Part shown: positions 47,801-57,668 of the stretch, piece by piece | Numbering within the stretch: the stretch's first letter is position 1 | How the letters are laid out: the number at the start of each line of letters is the position of its first letter | Source of the DNA: a virus | Length of the DNA: 64,000 nucleotides | Strand: one strand, 5' to 3' | Virus record (IMG/VR): IMGVR_UViG_3300023178_001963 | Made by a program: the position numbers and the translations under genes | The notes under the pieces: generated by a model | Databases searched by the model: none | Seen by the model: the letters and a program-made list of their open reading frames with translations, nothing else | Told to the model about the DNA's origin: nothing

Positions 47801-50800
47801 CCAAGCAGTATAGTCAAAGTTTATAGTTCCAGCAGTTTCACGTTCTGTTGGAGTTTCAACTTTTCTTCTATAATATTTTTCATCAGAAGGATTAAAGATA
47901 ACAGTTCCTTGAGTGTAATCAGATACGTTGTTTATCGAATATGTAGGATGCTTATCGTCAAGTGAAACTTTTTCTAGTACGATAGCACTGAAACTCTCAC
48001 TGCGATTAGGCTCACCTGTGTGAATGAACAAATCATAATTATCTGTTGGAATTTCAGTATATTGACTGTTAGCTAACGAACTATTTTCACTTGATAGTTT
48101 AAAGTTGTTAACAAAGCCACCTAACTTACTACCTAGCTTAAACTGATAACTATCTTTTTGTCTTCTAATTTCTGTAACATCTGAACTTTCACGCTTATGA
48201 TAGATAGAAATAATAGCATCAAGTTCATCTGACCAGTTATCAATAACTTCAAACGGTTTCATAATCATTGAACATAAGAATTCAATGAATGGGAATTCAC
48301 TACTACGTCTCCAAGCCATTTCGATAGGAGATCCGTCACCGAACTCCCAGTCTTGGTCTAAGAATTGAATGTCATCTGTTGATATTTGTGATCCAAAGAA
48401 TAGTTCTTCTACTGTTAACAGATTATTATCAGTGTCTAGTGGAATTGGCCAGTAAGCATTGTAATCTGTTTTTAGCTTCGACCAGAATTCATATGTAGTA
48501 TAACGCTGTTCATCTAGCTCAAACCCCTCAGGAGGTCTACTAAAGCCTACTGTTACCCAAGGTTCTTTTAATGGATTTTCAGTTCTGTAAACATAATGCA
48601 TCAATCCACGCCAATTACCCGGAGTATTATCGTTTACACCTCTATAGTTCCAAGTCTTCCAGTTATCAGGATCAAAATCAGTATTAAAAATATTGTCAAT
48701 ACTATTTCTTACCATCCACTTTTTAAAGAATGGGAACATTGTATATTTTTTCTCATTAAATGAATACTCAATAGTAGCATCACGGTAAATACCATACTTG
48801 ATATTTTTCATTGTTAGATTATCTGTAGTTTTGTCTATACGATTATAGATTAACTTTTCAAACATAAGCATGATACTATCTGTTCTGTCACCCCATATAG
48901 GCATTTTAGAACCATCGTGCCCAACTAAGAATGTTGTAGCGGTTTCAAACTCTGTATCTTCTTCGAATCTAGGATCATACAACGTATGTATACCTAACTT
49001 AGTAGCACTTGGAGGAATAAATGATTCTTTAATAAGTTTATAATATCTTACTTCGATTTCATCATCTGCTGTCATTTCACGTTCAAAACTTATTTCAACG
49101 CCGTTTAGAACTGTATAGTTTTTCTCAAGTACACCGTTAATGAATACGCTGATATTTTCATCGTAAACCACTTCAGTTGCGATACTATCTGGAATAAACT
49201 GAATTTTAGATCCAACTGATACTGGAGATACATTAGCTGTAATGTAGTGATTTGGTGTATCACCGATATTAATCATATCGCTTCCGCCAAACACATTGAT
49301 ACTTTCACGTTTCGCTAACGCAATCTCTGCTATTGCTTGTTCTAAAATTATTTCATCTGTTTTAGAATCAGAGTCTGGATCATTAAGAATTTCTCTAATG
49401 TTCGTTACAAGTTTGTTTTTATAACCGCCATACGCTAATGAAATATATTCTAATGATGCGAAAGGATCATAGTCATCACGTGTGATTGAAAAATATGCTT
49501 TAGTGATATCAATAGAATTCTTAACCATAACACTACCAAACTTGTTAAATCTTAACTTGTCTGTATTATCACCTATTTTTCTATAAGTGTTTGAAGCGTT
49601 AGGGTTACCTTCAATGCCTTCTGTTGTCTCAACAATTCTTAACAAGTGTTCGTACACTGTTGAGAATGACATTTCAACATTGTTATGGTCTAAATTATCT
49701 GGATTAAATTCAATAGATGGATCGATACGCTGCCAAGTTCCATCACCGTCAACGATAACGTTTTCACGTGTTGTGAAGTCAACGTACACATAGCCTTCTA
49801 CTGGCTTATTGAATGTAATGACGTTATCGTTGTAGGTATAATTTCCTATTTGTTTTATACCTTCCAGATAAACGTCAATGGTATAAAAGTTTTTAGGTTC
49901 TTGTAATAACTCTAATTTTTCATGTGTTCCGAAACCATACTCATGTCTTAAGTTTCTATAATCGAACTCAGAAAGAATATAAAGAGGTTGATATGTTTCG
50001 TCAATTTTATATGACATATTAATTGGCATATCAATGTTAAATAAGAATTCACTTACATAATCACCTGCTTGTAGTTTTGCTTTGATTCCAAGAAATGGAT
50101 CTTGTAAAACATCGTCATCTTCTACATAATGAAAAATTTTATAATCTGATTGATACTGTTCTTCATCATTATAAAGTCTAAATGTAGGCACAGCAAAATC
50201 TGTTGCTGTAGCACTTTCATCACTAAGTTCTAGTCTCTTATCAAATTCAATGATCGGTCTTTTTGCTTGTTCAATAAAGTTTTTATTTTGACTTGTGATA
50301 TATTTTCTAATATCATCATAATGATACCATGAGTTTCTATCACTCCACCAGTTAGTAATCGTGGAGTAGTCAGTATCTTTATCTATAGTAATATAATGTA
50401 TGTCTTCTGAATTACCAAGAATAAAAATATTTTCTAATAATAGATACTGTTCCCAATCCGGAGTTGTAAATTCTGAGTTTGTTTTGTATTCAATTACATG
50501 TAGTATACCTTCATCTGGTTTTACAAAACGTAAAGCATATGGGTTAACTTCTACATTATATGGATCAAATACTTTATCTGTTAACTGATATGTATTATTT
50601 CCTATATTAAGTGTAACACGTAATTCGTCTGTGTCAACAAATGTATCACCTACTAATGGATTTTTAGGTCTATCAGCTCCTTGTGAGAAATCCCTAGCTC
50701 TATATTTTCCATCTTCTATTCCCAAGTTAGAAAAACCTGTCAGATTTACAACTGAGTTGATGGAACCATCATTAAATATATTGACATATCCATCGTCTAG

Positions 50801-51913
50801 TGTTGCTGATATTCCAATAGAAGCACCTAGTAGATTTAATTCATCTACAAACTCTTGTAGGTTAGCATATTTTGAATTTCCAAGACCATCAACTGTAGAG
50901 AATTCTAGTTCGTCCTGTCTCTCTACAATACCGCCATCTTCATAAGCACTAAATGCCGTACCATCAACAGGAGATGACATTGCTGGATCATTATATAATT
51001 CATAAACATCTTTAGAAATTTCTTTTACATAAAACATTTGGTCATTAAGTTGTGTTAGCCCACGTGCTAATGTCAGTTTTATTTTATTTCCATCTAAAAT
51101 AATATGGTCATCATGTATATGCGTATCATCATTGTGAACATGCAATCTGACCGGAGATGTTTGTGTTAAATTTGAAATTCTAGCTGTTGCTTTATTACCC
51201 AATGTAAATTTAACATTACCGTCAGGTAATGATGGATTTTGAGTTGATGTTGCGACAGGCCAGTTTTTATGCCAGTCTGGAGAACCTAGAACAACCCATT
51301 CGTTTTCTAATCTTACCCAATATACGATTTCATTATTAGATATTACAACCGCATAATCACCAGTTGACCCATACGTATCAATAGGCTTTGCGTTAGCATC
51401 AAGTAGCCCCGTGCCCGGTTCATCTCTGATTATAGCAGGTAGTTCTCTTCTCCAATAAACACCATCAATATCCTGATAGAATGAATATAGTGCGAAATCT
51501 GTAGTGAAGCCTGGTTTAACCCAATAGTATAGTTCCCAGTTTATGAACTTATCATTATCTATAGGTAAGTTTACAGTGTAAGTGTCAGACTTGAATAGTC
51601 TTCTATGGTCATTAATTAACGCACCTTTATTATAAAGTGAGTTTAGTAAGTCATCATAAAATATATTGTCACCAATGTCTACATTAGAGAAAACAGGTTC
51701 TAGTCCATAGTTGTCTCGTTGAAAAAGATGTTCAGGGAAAGAAACATAAGCATCGTCTTCTTTATAGATACCTTTTTCTTTTCTACCAATAAACGCTCTT
51801 ACTTTATCAACTTGTCCTTTAGAAAATGCCCTGTCTAAAGTACTGTCGAACATAGTCTGCAGTTCTTTATTTCTTAAATGTACCGGTAAAAGGTCATATA
51901 TTTTATTCGCCAT
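41804..51913 (-). CDS. Giant (3369 aa) baseplate wedge/tail structural protein
   Basis: Follows the gp6-like gene; N-terminal YDLLP; C-terminal EAKPYHVKLR (cf. the HPAG-type motif of gp7-like wedges); internal beta-rich repeats and a CBM-like module. Confidence 0.7.
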   Translation of the reverse strand: MANKIYDLLPVHLRNKELQTMFDSTLDRAFSKGQVDKVRAFIGRKEKGIYKEDDAYVSFPEHLFQRDNYGLEPVFSNVDIGDNIFYDDLLNSLYNKGALINDHRRLFKSDTYTVNLPIDNDKFINWELYYWVKPGFTTDFALYSFYQDIDGVYWRRELPAIIRDEPGTGLLDANAKPIDTYGSTGDYAVVISNNEIVYWVRLENEWVVLGSPDWHKNWPVATSTQNPSLPDGNVKFTLGNKATARISNLTQTSPVRLHVHNDDTHIHDDHIILDGNKIKLTLARGLTQLNDQMFYVKEISKDVYELYNDPAMSSPVDGTAFSAYEDGGIVERQDELEFSTVDGLGNSKYANLQEFVDELNLLGASIGISATLDDGYVNIFNDGSINSVVNLTGFSNLGIEDGKYRARDFSQGADRPKNPLVGDTFVDTDELRVTLNIGNNTYQLTDKVFDPYNVEVNPYALRFVKPDEGILHVIEYKTNSEFTTPDWEQYLLLENIFILGNSEDIHYITIDKDTDYSTITNWWSDRNSWYHYDDIRKYITSQNKNFIEQAKRPIIEFDKRLELSDESATATDFAVPTFRLYNDEEQYQSDYKIFHYVEDDDVLQDPFLGIKAKLQAGDYVSEFLFNIDMPINMSYKIDETYQPLYILSEFDYRNLRHEYGFGTHEKLELLQEPKNFYTIDVYLEGIKQIGNYTYNDNVITFNKPVEGYVYVDFTTRENVIVDGDGTWQRIDPSIEFNPDNLDHNNVEMSFSTVYEHLLRIVETTEGIEGNPNASNTYRKIGDNTDKLRFNKFGSVMVKNSIDITKAYFSITRDDYDPFASLEYISLAYGGYKNKLVTNIREILNDPDSDSKTDEIILEQAIAEIALAKRESINVFGGSDMINIGDTPNHYITANVSPVSVGSKIQFIPDSIATEVVYDENISVFINGVLEKNYTVLNGVEISFEREMTADDEIEVRYYKLIKESFIPPSATKLGIHTLYDPRFEEDTEFETATTFLVGHDGSKMPIWGDRTDSIMLMFEKLIYNRIDKTTDNLTMKNIKYGIYRDATIEYSFNEKKYTMFPFFKKWMVRNSIDNIFNTDFDPDNWKTWNYRGVNDNTPGNWRGLMHYVYRTENPLKEPWVTVGFSRPPEGFELDEQRYTTYEFWSKLKTDYNAYWPIPLDTDNNLLTVEELFFGSQISTDDIQFLDQDWEFGDGSPIEMAWRRSSEFPFIEFLCSMIMKPFEVIDNWSDELDAIISIYHKRESSDVTEIRRQKDSYQFKLGSKLGGFVNNFKLSSENSSLANSQYTEIPTDNYDLFIHTGEPNRSESFSAIVLEKVSLDDKHPTYSINNVSDYTQGTVIFNPSDEKYYRRKVETPTERETAGTINFDYTAWTLISQPKIRNFGYRIYGYDDFNPTFFAMDWDRTSGEKDWATRGDEATLNVWTPGTFYKNDTYVMYEGSPYISLSDHTASSLFNDDLQDNWKLLKEWPRVNQIRANGYKKTLQDQIKSYNYGDVLYSLDEVAHLIIGYQDYLRAVGWDFTDINSEGENIDFESLLIKFLDWSAEKHDIGEFITLTPILLSGRFSTPYGVATVQKETNKNFYRVVDSSGRQIPNTAIKFYSEGDAITWESTIPVYGMKIDITDVEHAYVIDRVDSYGDVIYDPLHHNRNLRMIIDCNRTSDWDGTLSADGYIMYDNVMIPNLETMVADTKYHRDTIVDQSLKNVNILKANQIGYTKRLYLNNHLMERESQLEFYKGFLAGKGTDSSVNRIVNKNSNFKDIKHEDMWAFKLGEYGNFNKDISSSKRIDTKLIFSDPYSVEYTGETPFKYRETARTTPIKTTGYVDSKDVNYIVRNAAVLETTVSDSYYEGDLAWIQFDSERDWDVRRLSEIAEISYVGETSDSQLYVALTNQVDIADTVYLKITNDDIDPEINGYYYLVNDGTEAFDDVTVHKYLVFDTDYEPVTVEIDSTTTNSIYVPTSQNIGVEAIGSNSNPILIDGETLVIDGTSFVYEEGTGGSSSGIIIGGTTATPDPIVSEGEQIRLVVYDDAGLIRNANTVVTFGGNNIEAVNSITSNQGDVFSINGTNITVDFSSTQNIEAISSITTSTSIATGTQLGINLDGDVTTHVIEDIVVDGSVNPVISETKSIQINGTNIQFTVPSITGSDTTEQQTNVSTPVTSLTLSTDMTNFLPGAITVDNGVDAPFTTTAYTYSNGVITFTSPIQDGQVDDDGDPLTPDVDQDGLVSFIINLEAQPVSQPPSLQEIIDTINNGTVDVVASNNGGALRLTSSLPELELRGGVLQDLGISTSSVYSDSKLSNFAADVNTKTNVTSYINSSNRLVIAANGSQMILSGSGFNSFGFPGSTYNSTTEPTSSSVAQQINQAGISGVSATTVSGRLKIGSLNPTLTVTEVTTGAMGRLGFLNTTEVSRSLDNIISDINSVLSNTDMTATEVDRRLLISGNDSSVSISNLTGNPLDDFGIAAGEYVNTQSLSTSLIEFRDQINDQSSIYTASITSDGRFIISSSTLAISFSGTSELLLEKLGLYRDYTSIQSNANFKVMRWKSVRYTPGYNGDNFDSFYVNLGLNDQTTIWADEHNDRGWAVLDRSNVGNLTVKNRKAREVNVDLVKRMIIRDGTDYIQHQLFDPLNLKLPGTIMKDIDFVDWQDPAKYDEYYSQDLWLDEHLGEIWWDTNLARFYRYNDYGDANGNIEIDYVKRHWGKVVDGSQIVIKQWVENEVLPDGITWFNQEIYWDEARQKEVTKYYYWTDLGTLPRYNKEYSTDEIKMIIETGDIKDKFIPIDENTIVVSNKTQAKNRWWWVTTQYSSDENKQYRHSDWELLSRESKVAIMPEYLSDLQNSIADSKIENSVHLTAGIYDIDDEGILLEVDFLTDLTEDDIAVSVNNHFIDLEDFSIDGTSLRINNNYDVIVGDVVRVYQVGAITNNWFSDLDSARDNFKSIINDHFNKTLIEARYPFYKDYVELDHYIFEAVNWYINEDYKDITSYEFLSRTRNIDMITMFENGTRSFKIKNENYEEYYFGFGEPKEIRLVNKVKGALSLTFNDIELPGQTLETGVPKYYENIIKVQLHEFINMIYEYSDLSYIKELFFGMLDYMYTEKTYPDWLFKTSYIDVNLYNKPLRQHAIYQRDSYNDTIEYLMEAKPYHVKLRDIKRIYEPEEIVEADVDALNYMNLHIDFGRNSRYKINTYDGGIEMHPSVEPEDFPEMEDGTYEQGGLLRRFYQTTADEGGYDTGLVESRILDSAIIRLDNFTDETRLTLDKKSFIVYDNLGRGHMMHVVETDSIDSWNNNILTVTDETKFRNAKAESVQIIGIEDQNGNIEFLHYDRKEGAELRIKDRALFNGIAVNGLQGDKIYIFSSPETMVFLLEEPDKRLL

Positions 51914-51915
51914 TA

Positions 51916-54900
51916 TTATTCACCTACTAGTTCGTCTGATACGATATTTGAAATGATTTTTACGTCTTCTGATGTTGTGACGCTTAAGAATATTTCTGTT
52001 GGTTCACTACTAATACTTAGTAAGTTTGTAAACTGTGTAGTTTCGTATTTAGGAGTGATAACAACTGAACTGATATGATTTGGTAGCTTATTATGAATAT
52101 AAGAAGCTAATTCTGAGTAGTAGAATGTTTCACCAAAGTCCCAGTTGTCAATATCAAAGAATTCGTTAACTGCTGCTGAAACTGCTGTTTTGATTTCACT
52201 ATCTGTGAACGCAGTTTCAGGTTTCTTAACTACTTTGAATACAGCTTGATTTTCTGGATGTGCGTACTTACCAAACAGATATTTAAATTTAACTGGTATG
52301 TAAGATATGTGATCAGAAATCATTGCTTTAGGTTCAATTGATTCCATCATTTTTCTTAGTTCGTAATTGTTTGGTGCTTGTGGTATAACTTCACTAAAGC
52401 CGTTAGAAATCCAAGTATTTACTCTGCGAACATAGTCAGCAGAAAGAACATAGATATCAACAATGTTACTTGTACTTGGATCAATTCTCTTGTCTTCGTC
52501 AGCAAAATGATCCCATCTGAAGCTCATAAATTTGTCTTCTACATATGAACGACCGTTAACTACTCTGTACTTGACACCATCATATTCAATTTTACCAGGT
52601 GCGATATCAACATAATCAAAGTTTGTTGTCCAAACACCTGCGACACGCTTCTGCCAAATACCATCTTCTAAGTCTGTAGCTGTTGGTTCAATTAAGAAAC
52701 GTATTAGTGCTGTTTTTGGTATTTCATCATTTGTATTTTCATCATATGCTATTACAGAATCAGAAACTCTTTCATATGTTTTACCATCGACCATATATGT
52801 TTCAAGTACAATATGTGTAAATTCTAGTATAGAAACATCACCTATGTCACTTAAAGAATTACTACTATCAACGTTAACAAATACTTGTAGAACACCATGA
52901 GGATCACGTGATGTGTCAGAAGCATATAGTTTTACTTTATGATAGTCCACATAACCTTCATTTGTTATGAACTCATCGTAGATATAGCTTTCAATCTCAT
53001 CATATGTCTCAACTGCTGTTTGTATTGTAGAAACTTCTTCAACTGTTCTTTCGACACGCACCGTGAATGTTGTTAAATCAGCATCACCAGAACCTGCTAT
53101 GAATATATCTAGCACTGATCCGATACCTGGATTAATAGTCCAGAATATAATTTTATGATCGTTACCATTTTTTCTAAATTCGGTATGAGCATTGTCTATA
53201 ATAGTACCGCTAGGATCTTTAATGATGATGTTATCTGCAGTTATTGATTGTGTACTAGAAAAGTTTGCTTCTCCATAAGCAAACTGTTTCCATCTAATAT
53301 CACCGTCTAGGTTGTCGATGGTCCAACCATCTTGTACCATATCTGGGAATGTAAATGTATATACGCCACCGTTGTTTTGAATGAAGTATTCGGTTTGTAC
53401 ACCAACCATTGGAGCAACTGCGGTGTCTAATGTTTCACCTGTTGGTAGATGGTTTTCATCAATCCAAACAAAATTATTAGATGATTGTGCTTGATTGAAA
53501 TACTGTGTACTAACTTTACCTTTGAAAGAGTTATCTGTTAGTTGTACTTCATTATATGTTGTTGTATAACTTTTGGCAGATGTACATGAATCGATTTCTT
53601 CACTTATTACTGCTGGATTTATAGAATAAACATATTCATTTGTAGTTTCTACAGCAGGATTCTCTCCGGTATCAATAACTGTTCCAACTATTTCAGAAGC
53701 ATTGTCTAACTCATAAGAAACCGTGTAAGATGGCGAGTTACCTATAACTGTAGTACTGCTTGGTGACGTAGGTGTTACTGGATATTCAAGGCCCACAGGT
53801 GACACTAATACATGTCGTGTAGATGTTGGGTTATAACAATTCATATTTTCAACAAAGTCATTTGTCAATTCAGCGCCTGTATTTTTGTATACGCCGTCGA
53901 ATGTTATAGTTCCATTATTATCTACAACATTTGTCACTGGTGCTGTACCGATATTAACTATCATATCTTCGCCGGTAGTTTGTGCTTGACCACCAGATGT
54001 TATAGTATTATAATAGTTAAAAAGTATAATGTCACGTTCTATTAGATTAGTTTCGTTGTCAACAATAAACTTGTTGTTACTATAGAAGAACTTAACTTGG
54101 TCTTCACTCTCAAATACAACTTTCTTACCTGTAAACTTAGCAACATACTCTGCTTCATTCTGTCTTGCGCCTGCTTTATATGTGAATGTTATAAAAACAT
54201 CTTCACCATCAATTAATTCAGGTTCTGTAACATCATCATGTACATACCATGCCCATTTATTTGTATCTGGTTCTGGGATGTATTTAATTTTGAAAGAGTC
54301 AACTGATAAGTCTTCAATTTTTTCTTGTTTGATATTCTGAATTTCAATATCTTCAAAGCGTGTTCTGTAACCACGTACAACTTTAGATATACTACCAGAC
54401 ATTTCTGGGATAATATCATTAATAATAAATGTGTCAATACTATCACCAGTTTCTGAAACTGTAGTTCCATATATTGTTGTCCAAGTTTCTTCTAGTTCTT
54501 CAGTACCAACTGTAAGAATATGATCTCCAGGATACAATACAGTCTGAGATTCAGTATCAGTTGATATTACTTCGATAACTTTTTTATTTGTTGGACTTAC
54601 GTTAAAGTTTAATTTAGGTGTTGTGATAACACTATCAACATTAAACATATAATTGTAAAAGTAAAGATTAATCAAACTAGGATGTTTGATAACTTCTGAC
54701 ATGACATTACGAATAAAGTCATCACTGTTACCGTTTGCTCTGTTGAACGGTAAGTTCATTGTAATGATATCATCATCAATATAAACTGATCCATCTGTAC
54801 CAGTTACAGAAACATTTGAATGATGTCCTGTTGGATCATCCATTTCAAAGAAACGTGAATTACCTGCAAAACTTGTGTTAATTGCTTTTGCTTTTTCTAC

Positions 54901-56241
54901 AACATTTGTACCAAGTGTTAGTGGGAAAATATTATAGTCTTGTGCGTTTACCATTCTGTCTTGTGAATAATAAGCACGTGGAGCAATACGTCTTACACTT
55001 TCAAAAGTTTCGCCGGCATAGTTTTCGGAGAAATCTCTTGTAGTTGTTAGCGTAACTGTAAGTGCATAATTTCTACCATCTGCTCCAATATACGGGATAG
55101 TAACACTTGCTTCGGGTACATCATTTCCGTTTACAGTAAAGTTTTCATTGTCTGTTTTACGATACCAAACACGATAGTTACCAAAAGGAGCATTACCAAA
55201 GATGCCGTCAGGCCAGTTGATTTGAATAGAGTTATCTATGTTAGTTGTGACACTAGCTAGATCACCATTTCCGTTTCTTAGAGAATTATAAATTGCTGTT
55301 TCTCTACTGTCATTATCTACAACAGATACACTAGAAACATAATTATTTTCATTATCTAATCTTTGAATCCAAACATCTGAGTTACTAATATTCGTATCGT
55401 TTAAAATCTGAACACGATTAGATAGTCTTTTTGTATAACTTAAATTTTCAAAAGCAAGTTCGCCTAGTTTTGTGAAGATAAAGAAACCTGTTCTATCAGA
55501 AGCTGGACCAAGATTGTCATCTCTATTAACAATTGTAAAGTTTTTAGTAGGAATAGGTTCTGCTTCTATTACGTTGTCTCCGTCAAATTCAGCACGTACG
55601 GATTCAAATCTTCTACTCGCACCTGCTACATTTGCTGAGAATGGGTAAGTAATACTCTTAGCTATTCTGTTTTCATTAATTTCGTATAGACTATTCTCTA
55701 TACCAAACGCTGTCATATTCGCAATAGGGTCTTGAATTTTTGAATTCTTTGTGAAAGAAGCGTCTAAAATTGTAATAAAGTTTTCATACCAGTTAACGTC
55801 ATTAGCATCATTCCAGTTAACAGTAGTATTAGCAAGAGAATTCCCTTCATTATCAGTAACATCTTGTGATGTAGTAACACTTGTGATTTTCATATAACCA
55901 CGAGCATTGATAGGTCTTGTTTTAATATAGCCAAGATTTTTTGCTAGTCTTAGTACAGACTCACGGCGTTCTGCTAAATCTAAGAAGTTTTCACGGGTAT
56001 TCATATCAAGTCTAAATGATAGTGAATGTCCTAAATACGCAACAATATCTAAGATAGCAATAAATTCTGAACTAGCAATGTAGTCATTATATTTGTCAGG
56101 ATATGTTTCCTGTACATATAATAGTAATGCTTCTCTGATAGTATCAAAGTCATATGCTTTTAAACTAATGTTTGTAAATGCTGTATAAACAGCACTCCAA
56201 CTCTCGCCCGCAAATAAATTGTCAACTCTTTCCTGACCCAT
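51916..56241 (-). CDS. Baseplate wedge subunit, T4 gp6-like
   Basis: YDFDTIREAL, ENFLDLAERRESVLRLAKNLGY, DGIFGNAP, APRAYYSQDRMVNAQDY. Confidence 0.85.
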   Translation of the reverse strand: MGQERVDNLFAGESWSAVYTAFTNISLKAYDFDTIREALLLYVQETYPDKYNDYIASSEFIAILDIVAYLGHSLSFRLDMNTRENFLDLAERRESVLRLAKNLGYIKTRPINARGYMKITSVTTSQDVTDNEGNSLANTTVNWNDANDVNWYENFITILDASFTKNSKIQDPIANMTAFGIENSLYEINENRIAKSITYPFSANVAGASRRFESVRAEFDGDNVIEAEPIPTKNFTIVNRDDNLGPASDRTGFFIFTKLGELAFENLSYTKRLSNRVQILNDTNISNSDVWIQRLDNENNYVSSVSVVDNDSRETAIYNSLRNGNGDLASVTTNIDNSIQINWPDGIFGNAPFGNYRVWYRKTDNENFTVNGNDVPEASVTIPYIGADGRNYALTVTLTTTRDFSENYAGETFESVRRIAPRAYYSQDRMVNAQDYNIFPLTLGTNVVEKAKAINTSFAGNSRFFEMDDPTGHHSNVSVTGTDGSVYIDDDIITMNLPFNRANGNSDDFIRNVMSEVIKHPSLINLYFYNYMFNVDSVITTPKLNFNVSPTNKKVIEVISTDTESQTVLYPGDHILTVGTEELEETWTTIYGTTVSETGDSIDTFIINDIIPEMSGSISKVVRGYRTRFEDIEIQNIKQEKIEDLSVDSFKIKYIPEPDTNKWAWYVHDDVTEPELIDGEDVFITFTYKAGARQNEAEYVAKFTGKKVVFESEDQVKFFYSNNKFIVDNETNLIERDIILFNYYNTITSGGQAQTTGEDMIVNIGTAPVTNVVDNNGTITFDGVYKNTGAELTNDFVENMNCYNPTSTRHVLVSPVGLEYPVTPTSPSSTTVIGNSPSYTVSYELDNASEIVGTVIDTGENPAVETTNEYVYSINPAVISEEIDSCTSAKSYTTTYNEVQLTDNSFKGKVSTQYFNQAQSSNNFVWIDENHLPTGETLDTAVAPMVGVQTEYFIQNNGGVYTFTFPDMVQDGWTIDNLDGDIRWKQFAYGEANFSSTQSITADNIIIKDPSGTIIDNAHTEFRKNGNDHKIIFWTINPGIGSVLDIFIAGSGDADLTTFTVRVERTVEEVSTIQTAVETYDEIESYIYDEFITNEGYVDYHKVKLYASDTSRDPHGVLQVFVNVDSSNSLSDIGDVSILEFTHIVLETYMVDGKTYERVSDSVIAYDENTNDEIPKTALIRFLIEPTATDLEDGIWQKRVAGVWTTNFDYVDIAPGKIEYDGVKYRVVNGRSYVEDKFMSFRWDHFADEDKRIDPSTSNIVDIYVLSADYVRRVNTWISNGFSEVIPQAPNNYELRKMMESIEPKAMISDHISYIPVKFKYLFGKYAHPENQAVFKVVKKPETAFTDSEIKTAVSAAVNEFFDIDNWDFGETFYYSELASYIHNKLPNHISSVVITPKYETTQFTNLLSISSEPTEIFLSVTTSEDVKIISNIVSDELVGE

Positions 56242-56242
56242 A

Positions 56243-56602
56243 TTATTCTCTTTCTAAATTAACTGTTAATTCAACTTTTTCACTTGTTGGAATGATTGAA
56301 ACAAGTATTTGAATGTTTAATGTATGTTCTGATTCATCTATGATAATACTTTCTAAATTCACTCTAGGATCTTCATTTATAATTTCAGTCAAATCTTGTC
56401 TTATTATACCCTTAACATCTGGTGTTAATGGTTCAAAAATCATATCATGTACAATACTTCCATAAGTAGGCATCATCACACGTTCACCCTTACGAGTCAT
56501 AATATGATTCATTAAGTCTTCGATCACCAAGTCTTTATCAAAAAGACGGTGGTTGATTGCCTTTTTATTTTTTGTACTAAATCCTGTGAATCTAATTGCC
56601 AT
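56243..56602 (-). CDS. Baseplate wedge subunit, gp25/GpW-like
   Basis: TRKGERVMMPTYGS...IFEP...EDPRV. Confidence 0.9.
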   Translation of the reverse strand: MAIRFTGFSTKNKKAINHRLFDKDLVIEDLMNHIMTRKGERVMMPTYGSIVHDMIFEPLTPDVKGIIRQDLTEIINEDPRVNLESIIIDESEHTLNIQILVSIIPTSEKVELTVNLERE

Positions 56603-56629
56603 AGTTTTCTCTCTATTTTTGATTAAGAG

Positions 56630-56637
56630 TATTTATC
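56630..56637 (-). promoter_or_regulatory. Late-promoter-like GATAAATA upstream of gp25
   Basis: Intergenic; adjacent to AACTACGAAC (56646-56655). Confidence 0.6.
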
Positions 56638-56671
56638 TGCATATAAACTACGAACTTTTTGAAAAAAGATA

Positions 56672-56700
56672 TTGACAACAAAAGTTTTTTAGTATAGACT
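56672..56700 (+). promoter_or_regulatory. Sigma70-type promoter TTGACA-N17-TAGACT
   Basis: Shares TTGACAACAAAA with the 37895-37923 promoter; precedes the clpP cassette. Confidence 0.7.
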
Positions 56701-56727
56701 AAATATATCATCGTGAAGGAGATGAAC

Positions 56728-57069
56728 ATGCATCATAAACAACTTGAACTAGAATTTTTAGAAGAACTAGACTATTCAAACTATGAAGTAGATGTACAGT
56801 ACGAATTTGACTATGACGATTACCCGTCAATATCATTGGAAGAATTCGAATCTAATCTAATAAACTTCGACAAGTATGGAGTTGAGGTTAGTAGTAATGT
56901 TCTTTGGGAACCTTTTGAGGATACATCATCTGAAAAGATCAAAATTCTTGAAAATGAAGTATTCACATTACAGGGTCAGCTACAAACAGCATATAAAAGA
57001 ATAGCAGAACTTAACCAAGAACTAGATACTTTTAAAAGTATGGTAAAACCAAACTCAAGGACTTTTTAA
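56728..57069 (+). CDS. Acidic hypothetical protein with C-terminal coiled coil
   Basis: ATG 56728 lies 6 nt after AAGGAG (ORF track start 56713); TAATG coupling to clpP. Confidence 0.7.
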   Translation: MHHKQLELEFLEELDYSNYEVDVQYEFDYDDYPSISLEEFESNLINFDKYGVEVSSNVLWEPFEDTSSEKIKILENEVFTLQGQLQTAYKRIAELNQELDTFKSMVKPNSRTF

Positions 57070-57668
57070 TGCCCAATCTTGTACCAATGGTCGTTGACCA
57101 AACTGCGAACGGTGAACGCAGTTATGATATCTTTTCCCGATTGTTAAAAGAACGTGTCATTTTTTTGACAGGCGAAGTTAATGATTACCAAGCAGATTTA
57201 CTATGCGCACAAATGCTATTCTTAGAAAGTGAAAACCCAGATAAGGATATACATTTTTACATCAACTCTCCCGGTGGCGTAGTAACTGCGGGAATGGCGA
57301 TCTATGACACTATGCAGTTTGTCAAACCAGATGTGTCAACTACTGTTATGGGGCAAGCATGTTCTATGGGATCGTTACTAGCACAAGCTGGTGCTGCTGG
57401 TAAAAGATATATTTTACCACACGCAAGACATATGATCCATCAACCGAGCGGTGGTGCAGGTGGTCAAGCGACTGACATGGAAATTCAAGTTAGAGAAATT
57501 CTGAAAATGAAACAAAGTTTAACTGAAATCTATGTCAAACATAACAGCACACATAAACAATACCAACAAATATTAGCTGATATGGAACGTGATAACTTTA
57601 TGAGCGCACATGAAGCAGTAGCTTATGGACTAGCAGATAAGGTTATTGACGAAAGACCGACTGATTAA
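57069..57668 (+). CDS. clpP: ATP-dependent Clp protease proteolytic subunit
   Basis: [32 protein letters not shown] (Ser), MIHQP (His), ERDNF (Asp). Confidence 0.97.
   Translation: MPNLVPMVVDQTANGERSYDIFSRLLKERVIFLTGEVNDYQADLLCAQMLFLESENPDKDIHFYINSPGGVVTAGMAIYDTMQFVKPDVSTTVMGQACSMGSLLAQAGAAGKRYILPHARHMIHQPSGGAGGQATDMEIQVREILKMKQSLTEIYVKHNSTHKQYQQILADMERDNFMSAHEAVAYGLADKVIDERPTD

Noticed and set aside
56655-56668. Short inverted repeat CTTTTT-GA-AAAAAG as a terminator
   Set aside because: The stem is almost entirely A/T and sits in a divergent promoter region; more likely an UP-element-like tract or chance.
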